Shown here: piece by piece, positions 39,296 to 47,449 of the stretch | How the letters are laid out: every line of letters begins with the position of its first letter | Position numbering within the stretch: the first letter of the stretch is position 1 | From: an uncultured virus (IMG/VR IMGVR_UViG_3300032233_001922) | Lineage: Duplodnaviria; Heunggongvirae; Uroviricota; Caudoviricetes | Virus record (IMG/VR): IMGVR_UViG_3300032233_001922 | Length of the DNA: 64,000 nucleotides | Strand: one strand, 5' to 3' | The notes under the pieces: model-generated | The model's input: the letters and a program-made list of their open reading frames with translations, nothing else | Databases searched by the model: none | What the model was told of the DNA's origin: nothing | Translations under genes and position numbers: made by a program

Positions 39296-39709
39296 CTACC
39301 TATTATTTTTAAAATAATTTATTGCTCCTAAACTACCTACAAGCAACAAACCCCCTAAAACTAAACCTACTACACCCATACCGCTTTTTTTCTCTTTTTC
39401 ATCCTCTTTAATAGGTTGATTTATTGGAGCAACTGGTGGTACATTTTGATTTTGAGCATTTTGCTTTGCATCTCTTTGTTTTTTCTCAAAAAGCGTTTCC
39501 ATATCCTCAATCAAATCTTGTTCCGTATCTTCGATATATTCCAAAATCTCATTTAATTCAGCTAAAGAATCATCCGTTGGTTCTGCTTCATATTCCTCTC
39601 TTGCGCTTTCTGATTTTTCTTTTAACGCTTGTAATCCATCTAATCTTTTTGCAATTGAAGGTGTTACCTTATTTTGCAACTTTGCCAAAATACTGTTAAT
39701 TGTTTCCAT
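39296..39709 (-). CDS. helical protein with C-terminal TM
   Basis: Acidic coil, GVVGLVLGGLLLVGSLGAI. Confidence 0.6.
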   Translation of the reverse strand: METINSILAKLQNKVTPSIAKRLDGLQALKEKSESAREEYEAEPTDDSLAELNEILEYIEDTEQDLIEDMETLFEKKQRDAKQNAQNQNVPPVAPINQPIKEDEKEKKSGMGVVGLVLGGLLLVGSLGAINYFKNNR

Positions 39710-39800
39710 AGTTAAATTTTACTTATTTAAGTTAATTAACTACAAATATAATAATTTATTCAATAACAAGGCATTGAGAGTAAAATTATTTTAAAAAACA

Positions 39801-39832
39801 AAAAAAGGTAGCTTTTTTATTAGCTACCTTTT
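39801..39832 (-). terminator. intrinsic terminator
   Basis: AAAAAAGGTAGCT...AGCTACCTTTT. Confidence 0.7.
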
Positions 39833-39847
39833 AATGAATTAATCAAC

Positions 39848-42223
39848 CTATTTTAACTGCGCCCAAGCACGTTTTACCGCATCATTCCAGCTCTCGCCAT
39901 CTTTACGGATTTTCTTTGCTAATAGCATAGCACCTCCGTTGCCTTTTTTGGTTTTCCCACCAGTCATTATTTTTTCTTTGGCAACCATACTACCAGTAAT
40001 CTTGTCGCCCACCTCTTTGGCTTCGTCTTTAGAATAAACCTTACCGTATTCTTTTTGATATTTAGGTTCAACATTTTTACCTACAAATCTTTTTGCTATT
40101 GCGTTTGACTTGTCTTGAAATGTAGTTTTGCCACCAGACATCATTTTATCTTGCTCCATAAATTCATACGCTCCAGCATTGTGTTTTTCTGACAATTCCT
40201 TTGCGGTTGGTTTTTTATATTCGTAAGTCAATTCTTTAACTCGAATCCTTTTGTCATCTGTTAAATCGATTTCTTCTTCAATGCCTAAATCCCCACCTTT
40301 TGAAAATTTATTTTTCATTTTTTTTTCGTATGATAAAATATCTTGCATCGTTAACCAATCGGGTTTAGCATCTTTAGGTAAATTATTCCATAACCGTTTC
40401 ATTTCTTTTATTTGAGCATCTACATTACCCGCCCATAAATGTTTTTCAGACCTATTTCCGTTACCTAAGTAATAATCATTATCAGATGACAATCTACTCA
40501 ACATTTTATAATTAAATTCATTGTCAATTTTGCCACCATTATCGAATCTCTTTCTTTTACTGATTGGCACTTCGTAATCTTCTCCTTTGTTATGGTGTCT
40601 GTGGTCATTAGTCCAGTTTCTGCCAGTTGAATAATCCCTACCATTTTTAGTACTTATTCCACCGCCTTTGGCATAACTATCTTCCATTTCTCTGTAGTCA
40701 CGCATTTCGCCACCATTAGCATAAATACCTTGACTTGCTCCTTCGCCTAAATAATAATTTACATAATGTTGCTCCACACCAGATGGAAGTCCACCGCCTA
40801 ATTCGTATTCCTCTAATTTTGTTCCTATTGGTCTTAATCCATAAGGTTCATTATCTAATCCGTAATCAAATGTGTACCCAACTGATTCAACCTCTTTCAA
40901 AAATTTTTGACTATCTTCATAATCATAATCGCCTTCCTCAAATTTTTCCATATAAAAATCAACTATTTTAGCCAATTTTTTAGGTTGTTTTTTATAATCT
41001 TCAAATAAATCTTGACTAACCCCACCGCCATTTGCAAACATTTCCCCACTTGACATAGCACCAGTTTCTCCAACTTGACCAGTATAGGTAGTATTGCTAA
41101 AACCATCTAACAAACTTGAATCTCCAGTACCTAATGTACCTCCAGTATGACCAGCTAAATCGGTTTGTATGTTTCCACCTAATTCGTATTCTCTATTAAA
41201 TATTTTACCCATTTTTTTTTGAAAACCACCACTTCTCCAAAAATTACTCGCTTCTTTTGAGTAAGGGTTTATACCCTCTTTTTCAACTGCTTTTTCAAAT
41301 TCGGCATCCAATTTTTCAACTGCTAATTTTTGTTCTTTACTCCAAACTCCACCGCCTAATTCGTATGATTTATTTTTTTTAGATAAATAAAACTTTTTAG
41401 CATCGACAAATTTGTCAAAACTTTCAGAAAAATGTTTTCCATTTTCAAATCCGTTTACAAAATAAATACCGTTTTCTTTGTATAAATAACCTCTATTATC
41501 ATCACTTTTTCCGTATGTTTTATCTGAACGTTGTCCATAAGTATATTGACTACCATTATCAAGTTCACTTGAATAAATTTTACCAAACCCCCCAGCTTGA
41601 GGTGCATAATGTGGAAAATATTTTGTTTCATCAACCCCACCGCCTAATTCTAATAACGGAGCATCTTTTGGATAGTTAGGCGCAAGTCTGTCGGTTCTAT
41701 TATCTCTATTTTCGTAATATACTTTTCCGTTTTCAGAAACTCTTTTACCTTTTGGCAAAGCGGTTCTATGTGCATCTCTTTTTAAGTTAGTTCCAGAAAT
41801 ACCTTTCAACTCTTTTCGTCTTTTTACCAACGCTAACAACTTTTGCATTTCTGTTTTTGTCGATTTCTTAACTTCAGTAGTTCCTTTTTTCATTTGAGTT
41901 CCAGCACGTTTAACTGCATCAGTCCACTTCTCTCCATCTTTACGGATTTCTTTAGCCAACGACATAGCAGTAGTTTTACCAACAGTTTCTTTTTTCGGTG
42001 CGACAACCTTTTTTTCTATTGGTTTTCTTACCGTTGGTGCTTTAGCTACTTTAGGAGCTACTGTTTCTTTAGCAGTTGGCGCTTCCTCTTTAGGAGCTGG
42101 TTTAGAAGCGTTGTCCTCCGCTTCTAACCTACTAATTTGTTGTCTAATTTTCTCTCTTAAACTTTCTGGTATTTGACTGTTAGTCAATCCTTTTTTTAAC
42201 TTTTCAATTTTTTCAGTATTCAT
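39848..42223 (-). CDS. polyvalent protein with LPD11-like domain and 11 [FYLM]xxGG motifs
   Basis: YKMLSRLSSDNDYYLGNGNRSEKHLWAG...KPDWLT resembles LPD11; N- and C-terminal repeat AMxLAKxIRKDGExWxDAVKRA. Confidence 0.7.
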   Translation of the reverse strand: MNTEKIEKLKKGLTNSQIPESLREKIRQQISRLEAEDNASKPAPKEEAPTAKETVAPKVAKAPTVRKPIEKKVVAPKKETVGKTTAMSLAKEIRKDGEKWTDAVKRAGTQMKKGTTEVKKSTKTEMQKLLALVKRRKELKGISGTNLKRDAHRTALPKGKRVSENGKVYYENRDNRTDRLAPNYPKDAPLLELGGGVDETKYFPHYAPQAGGFGKIYSSELDNGSQYTYGQRSDKTYGKSDDNRGYLYKENGIYFVNGFENGKHFSESFDKFVDAKKFYLSKKNKSYELGGGVWSKEQKLAVEKLDAEFEKAVEKEGINPYSKEASNFWRSGGFQKKMGKIFNREYELGGNIQTDLAGHTGGTLGTGDSSLLDGFSNTTYTGQVGETGAMSSGEMFANGGGVSQDLFEDYKKQPKKLAKIVDFYMEKFEEGDYDYEDSQKFLKEVESVGYTFDYGLDNEPYGLRPIGTKLEEYELGGGLPSGVEQHYVNYYLGEGASQGIYANGGEMRDYREMEDSYAKGGGISTKNGRDYSTGRNWTNDHRHHNKGEDYEVPISKRKRFDNGGKIDNEFNYKMLSRLSSDNDYYLGNGNRSEKHLWAGNVDAQIKEMKRLWNNLPKDAKPDWLTMQDILSYEKKMKNKFSKGGDLGIEEEIDLTDDKRIRVKELTYEYKKPTAKELSEKHNAGAYEFMEQDKMMSGGKTTFQDKSNAIAKRFVGKNVEPKYQKEYGKVYSKDEAKEVGDKITGSMVAKEKIMTGGKTKKGNGGAMLLAKKIRKDGESWNDAVKRAWAQLK

Positions 42224-42239
42224 AATATTTGTTTTTTTG

Positions 42240-45200
42240 TTAATCTAATAGTATTTGTAAAACTTCAATAGCTTCGTTAATTTCTTTTTTCTCTTTTTTA
42301 GATGAATATTCTAATAATAATTCCAACGTTTCAATAGCTTCCAAAATTTCTGTTTGTTCTGAACTTATAGTCGGTTCAACAATATCAGTAGCTTTGTCTA
42401 ATTCGTGAGCAATTTCGTCTATTTCATCTTCGCCTTTACGTTTAGCAATAATTTTATTTAAACTTGTAGGAGTGAAATATAAATCCAATTCAGCATATTT
42501 TTTGATTTCATCAATATTCATCCACCCATATTCAGAATTTTGCATATCGCCATTCAAAATAGCATAGCCAAACGCTTCTTTTTGCATATCATTATCGTCA
42601 TCAAATATATCGCCTTTACCTAATTCAACAATGTACCAATCACTTGAACTGCTAAAGTAATGTAAATAAGCGGTTTTTTCTATTTCTCCATCAGTTGAAT
42701 TTAATTCTGGGATTTCTTTAATGTATTTGTAAAGGTCGATAATACTATCTGAATATTCAGAAACATTTGATTTAACAACTTGTAATTCGGAATAATTGAA
42801 AAAGTCTTTTAGCTTATTCAGTTTCTTTTTAGTTGTTAATAAATCCATATCATCAACATCAAGATATTCTGTCAATAGCAATTCCTCTTTAATGTATTTA
42901 ACCGCTTCTAAATTTTCTGATTTAGGTGCTTCGCAGTTGTCCGCTTCTTTATCAACAAATGGATATGTAAGTAAATTGTTAGTGTTGGCAAACGCATCAA
43001 CTCTATCCTCTAATGAACCAATATCCCCTTGTCTTTTTTCTAATTCATTTCTTATTTCAGCAAGTACACTTTGTTTATAATCCTCTGTATCTAAAAATTC
43101 TAAATTGTTTTTAGCTTTTTCATAATTGTCTAAATACTCTCTTTTAATATTTGAAAAATCATCAAACATAGTCAATCCGTATGGTTGTAATAGATTTTTC
43201 TCTAATTTTTTAGCAGTTCCATAAGATGCTACTAAATTACCAAAAGAATAACCAAATGCACTTAATTGAGCATAATAATCATTATTGTATTTTCTAGCTA
43301 AATTAGGATAATTAATTTCATAATCTCCAAATTCTCCTTTTGTATTTGCTATAAATTTTCTATTGTCACAAGCACGTTTAAATTCAAATAATGACTTCCA
43401 AACACCATTTATTCGATAATCTTCGTACATATCTAAAACCTCTTGTATTTTAGTCTTTAAATCAGTTACTACTTTTTTGTTAGTCTTATTCCATTCTGCG
43501 TCTTTTTCGCTTAAATATTTGTCAATCATTTGCAAATACTTATTGAAATTATTTACTGTGTCATCCACCGAAACAAGATTGCTTTTTTTATAGTATTCAA
43601 AAGTTTGTATAGCTTCGTTTAATTTGTCGAAAGTCTTATATTTATCCTCACTAACTGCAAATTCTTTTTTAGCTTTTTCCTTGTTAATATCCAACCTCAT
43701 AGCGACTAATTTATTTTCGTCTTTTATAAGATTAAACTTTATTTCCATCGGGTCTAAAGCATCGCTAACAGAGTAATCATTTAGCTTATTTTCTTTATCC
43801 CAAATAGAAGCAATTCTTTTGGCTTTTTCATCTAATTTTTGATTAAGAAAGCTATCTAAACTATCTTGCAACATAGGCACTACAATACGTACATATTTGA
43901 ACATATTTCCTTGTCGGTGTATTCTACCTTCCAATTGCTTAAATGCAGTCGGATTCCAATCTAAATCTAAATTGTAAAGTACCGTACCTCTTTTTTGTAA
44001 ATTGATACCTTCTTGAATTGTAGCAGTACCGATTATTACTTTTACATAACCTTCATTAAAAGCATCTTTAATTAACTCTTTTCTATCCGATTCCGCTTCT
44101 GTTCCGCTACTCGTAATGATTTCTACTTCATCAACTGTTTCTGAACCAAATTTAACTCCTTTTACGAAACCACATTCACGTTCCAATGCTTTTTTGAAGT
44201 CTTTAAACAAATCTTTACCTCTATTTGAATAGATAACTTGACCGCTACATTCTTGTTTTAAATTCTCGTGAAATTCCTTTACTGTCTTTATACATTCAAT
44301 TGTATATTTAATTTTTGGACTTTCATTTATAAACTCGTCTAAATCCGTGTACATTTCTATGTTTGGAATTAAATAAGGACTAAAGGCGTTTGATTTTGCC
44401 CACGACAACGCTCTACCTACTGCTCCTCTATTTGTTTCTCTATCGTAGCTATCCGCTTCCTCAATAACCATAGCTTGTGCTTCAATTTGCAAATCTGACA
44501 TTTGTAAAAATGTTGATGTTTCTTTATTAGGGAAATTAACTTTGCAAGGTCGTTTTACTCCAGCATCAATTGGATTGTCTTGATAATCAAAATATCTGTA
44601 AAGTATATCACGAAGTATGTTTTTATTTTTAAATGACTTGATAACTGTATTTAAAACAATATCTTGCTTATAATCAACAGTATATTCAACTTGCGTTTCA
44701 ATAAATAACGATAAAAATTTGAATAGGTTATTTATGTTTGAATTTAACAAGTAATTGTAACCTACCATAGACAACATTGAGTACAACTCTAAGGGCGAAT
44801 TTGTAAACGGTGTTGCAGTAAGCATATTTACATTTCCATTGTATCTTTTTTGAATATACAAAGACAATGTAAATGCTTTTAATGCTCTTGAAGATTGTGT
44901 TCCTTTGCCCATTCTCCAACTATCTCTAAATTCTTCTGGTATGCTAAAAGATGCAAATATGTTTTTAAAAGCGTGTGCTTCATCTAAAACCATATAGTCA
45001 AATCCTAAAACATCAATATCGTATTCAGTTTTAGCCAATGCTTTACCCACTAAACTTTCTGTTTTTTCTTTTTCTTTTTCAATCGCTCTTTCAGATTCAA
45101 CTTCTTTTTTAACATTTAATATTTCAAAAAAGTCATCCGCTATTTCACTATGTAATTTTTCAGAAAAACCTATTTTTTCCAAACCTTGATACGTTACTAA

Positions 45201-47243
45201 AGTAATAGTATATTCTGGAATTTCTTTATTTTCTACGCTTCTGTTAGTTCCTAAATTGAACCAATCATTTAATTTGTATTTAGAACCAGTTAAAGCACCA
45301 TTGACAAAATGTGAATCCTTGAAAGCAACTGTATTTCGTTCAGCACCGTTAGTCCAATAACCGAACATTTCGTAAATCCAGTTTTTATAAACTTGTTTAG
45401 GTACGGCAATTAACGGTCTTTTTATTGACCCTTGTTTTAGCAACATTGCTAAGTTATGAATAGCAGTCAATGTTTTACCAAAACCAACATCATAAGCAAG
45501 GCATCCAGAATTGTTAATATTTAAAAACGCTAAACCGTTTCTTTGAACTGGTTTTAATCTAAAATTATCTAAATTAAAAATCTTATTGTTAGCTTCAAAA
45601 CCTACTGGAACTTTACTTAAATCGTAAGTAACAAAATTGTTGAATGATTTATTGAAAATTAAATTTAAACCCATTAAATCGGCTCTTGTCAATGCAGTAG
45701 CCAAAAATTCAGAATAATATTTATCGCCTTCAATTTTAGCTAAAATACGTCTTTCGTCTTTTTCTTTTTCTTGGTCTTTTTTATTTTTTTCTTTTGATGC
45801 TTCAGACAAAAATACATTTCCATTTCTGAAATATAAGTTTTTAATGTCATCTACTGTGGTTTTGTCAAGCATATTGTTATTCACATTATAGCCAAACCAA
45901 ATTTCGTATGCTTCAAATAAACTTACAGATTTTTTACCATAATCTTTACCATAATCAACTTGTTTTTTTCGTCTATTATTGCGGTCATAATCGTCATAAT
46001 GTCTTTGAATAGAAACACCACTATCTACATCTAAATCAACAATCATAAATGAATGTGATAAATCGTTTTCTTTAGACAAATATGGTCGTTCAGAAACAAT
46101 AGTATTTCCAAAGTCAAAATTATATTTAGTTTTCAAAGCGTTATCAATTAAAGATTCTTGCCATTGAGCAACCTCAATACCAAATTTTTCAATTAACAAA
46201 TTTTTGTAACCACCTTCAAATTTATCAGTTTCACGGTTATATTTACCAACAAATTTTTCTTTAATTTCAAAAATATCCCCAAAAACATACATATAAATAG
46301 GCACATAATCATCCCCATCGTAACATAATCCTTTTTGTTTCACAAGGTTTACAAGTTCCGCTTCATCAACAGTAGCAAATGAATCTACCTCTTTAAAATT
46401 TCTCTCACTTGCATAATACAATTCTTTGTTTTCATTTTTGATTACCCAAAAAACCTCATTATCATATTCGTTTTTAAATTTTGTTTTAACACCTAAAAGC
46501 GTTCCAGTAGGCACGTTCTTAATGTCTTGAAATTGTTGATTTTTTAAATAAAAACTTTGTGTAGCATAAGCTAATCTACCTCTGTTAGTTTTAGAAGGCA
46601 AAAACCATTTTTCCCAACCAAACATCGGAGAACCAAATTTCTGTTTATAGTAAACGTACCCTTTAATTTCTGGAGTAGTTATCGTTGGACTATAAATTTT
46701 TAAACTTTCCTCAATTGTCAATATTTCTGCAACATCGCTTTTCGGCTCTTTTTCAAAATTTAAAATTTTATTTGATATTGCTACTTCTTTATTAGTCATA
46801 TTTTCTATTCTTTTTTCTTTCCTAACAGTTTCTTTTACGGTTTCTTTTACGGTTTCTTTTACGGTTTCTTTTTGCGTTGGCGATTCTTTTTCACTTGAAG
46901 CACCAACAACTTTTTGAATTTCGTAAGGTATAATAGAATTAATATCATTTATGTTACCAACTGTTATAACTGGATTAATAAACCCACTACCTTGTTTCTC
47001 TTTACTTAAAATTTTGTTGTTTTCAGTATAGAACCACGCACTAAACAATGACTTATCATAATCTGTATCTACTTGCCCCTTAGTTTCAGTCAAATATTTG
47101 TCAAATAGTTGCTCAAATTCATCTTTTAAATTATCGGGTATAAAACCATAAGATAAACCTAAATTTTCTGGGGTTTCTTCTCCCTTATATTTTCTTAACA
47201 ATTCGTAAATTGCTTTATTTCTCGCTATTGCTTTATTATTCAT
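42240..47243 (-). CDS. DarB-like SNF2/SF2 helicase with C-terminal DUF2958-like domain
   Basis: YDVGFGKT, VLDEAHAFKN, LTATPFTNS, EGINLQ, QLEGRIHRQGN; C-terminal DWYIVE...ELDLYF. Confidence 0.85.
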   Translation of the reverse strand: MNNKAIARNKAIYELLRKYKGEETPENLGLSYGFIPDNLKDEFEQLFDKYLTETKGQVDTDYDKSLFSAWFYTENNKILSKEKQGSGFINPVITVGNINDINSIIPYEIQKVVGASSEKESPTQKETVKETVKETVKETVRKEKRIENMTNKEVAISNKILNFEKEPKSDVAEILTIEESLKIYSPTITTPEIKGYVYYKQKFGSPMFGWEKWFLPSKTNRGRLAYATQSFYLKNQQFQDIKNVPTGTLLGVKTKFKNEYDNEVFWVIKNENKELYYASERNFKEVDSFATVDEAELVNLVKQKGLCYDGDDYVPIYMYVFGDIFEIKEKFVGKYNRETDKFEGGYKNLLIEKFGIEVAQWQESLIDNALKTKYNFDFGNTIVSERPYLSKENDLSHSFMIVDLDVDSGVSIQRHYDDYDRNNRRKKQVDYGKDYGKKSVSLFEAYEIWFGYNVNNNMLDKTTVDDIKNLYFRNGNVFLSEASKEKNKKDQEKEKDERRILAKIEGDKYYSEFLATALTRADLMGLNLIFNKSFNNFVTYDLSKVPVGFEANNKIFNLDNFRLKPVQRNGLAFLNINNSGCLAYDVGFGKTLTAIHNLAMLLKQGSIKRPLIAVPKQVYKNWIYEMFGYWTNGAERNTVAFKDSHFVNGALTGSKYKLNDWFNLGTNRSVENKEIPEYTITLVTYQGLEKIGFSEKLHSEIADDFFEILNVKKEVESERAIEKEKEKTESLVGKALAKTEYDIDVLGFDYMVLDEAHAFKNIFASFSIPEEFRDSWRMGKGTQSSRALKAFTLSLYIQKRYNGNVNMLTATPFTNSPLELYSMLSMVGYNYLLNSNINNLFKFLSLFIETQVEYTVDYKQDIVLNTVIKSFKNKNILRDILYRYFDYQDNPIDAGVKRPCKVNFPNKETSTFLQMSDLQIEAQAMVIEEADSYDRETNRGAVGRALSWAKSNAFSPYLIPNIEMYTDLDEFINESPKIKYTIECIKTVKEFHENLKQECSGQVIYSNRGKDLFKDFKKALERECGFVKGVKFGSETVDEVEIITSSGTEAESDRKELIKDAFNEGYVKVIIGTATIQEGINLQKRGTVLYNLDLDWNPTAFKQLEGRIHRQGNMFKYVRIVVPMLQDSLDSFLNQKLDEKAKRIASIWDKENKLNDYSVSDALDPMEIKFNLIKDENKLVAMRLDINKEKAKKEFAVSEDKYKTFDKLNEAIQTFEYYKKSNLVSVDDTVNNFNKYLQMIDKYLSEKDAEWNKTNKKVVTDLKTKIQEVLDMYEDYRINGVWKSLFEFKRACDNRKFIANTKGEFGDYEINYPNLARKYNNDYYAQLSAFGYSFGNLVASYGTAKKLEKNLLQPYGLTMFDDFSNIKREYLDNYEKAKNNLEFLDTEDYKQSVLAEIRNELEKRQGDIGSLEDRVDAFANTNNLLTYPFVDKEADNCEAPKSENLEAVKYIKEELLLTEYLDVDDMDLLTTKKKLNKLKDFFNYSELQVVKSNVSEYSDSIIDLYKYIKEIPELNSTDGEIEKTAYLHYFSSSSDWYIVELGKGDIFDDDNDMQKEAFGYAILNGDMQNSEYGWMNIDEIKKYAELDLYFTPTSLNKIIAKRKGEDEIDEIAHELDKATDIVEPTISSEQTEILEAIETLELLLEYSSKKEKKEINEAIEVLQILLD
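46825..46872. repeat. 4 x 12-bp coding tandem repeat (KETV)
   Basis: AC[A/G]GTTTCTTTT x4. Confidence 0.9.
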
Positions 47244-47448
47244 TCTGAAACCCTTTAAGTGTTACTTCTACATCTGCAAGTACATTGGCAAAATTCCAAC
47301 TTGGAAATTGCTCTAATCTATTGTAAATCATATTTACAACCAATTCCCTACCATCTTTAAACTTTAGTTTATCAGATATTCGGTTGTATTGTTCGGAATC
47401 AAGATTATCTAATACCTTATTGATATTGTCTTTTATTTTTGCGTTCAT
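47236..47448 (-). CDS. hypothetical protein
   Basis: 70-aa ORF between the methyltransferase and helicase genes. Confidence 0.55.
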   Translation of the reverse strand: MNAKIKDNINKVLDNLDSEQYNRISDKLKFKDGRELVVNMIYNRLEQFPSWNFANVLADVEVTLKGFQNE

Positions 47449-47449
47449 T

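Noticed and set aside
46825..46872. 12-bp tandem repeat as iterons or a regulatory array
   Set aside because: In frame within a low-complexity linker (KETV x4) of the helicase gene.
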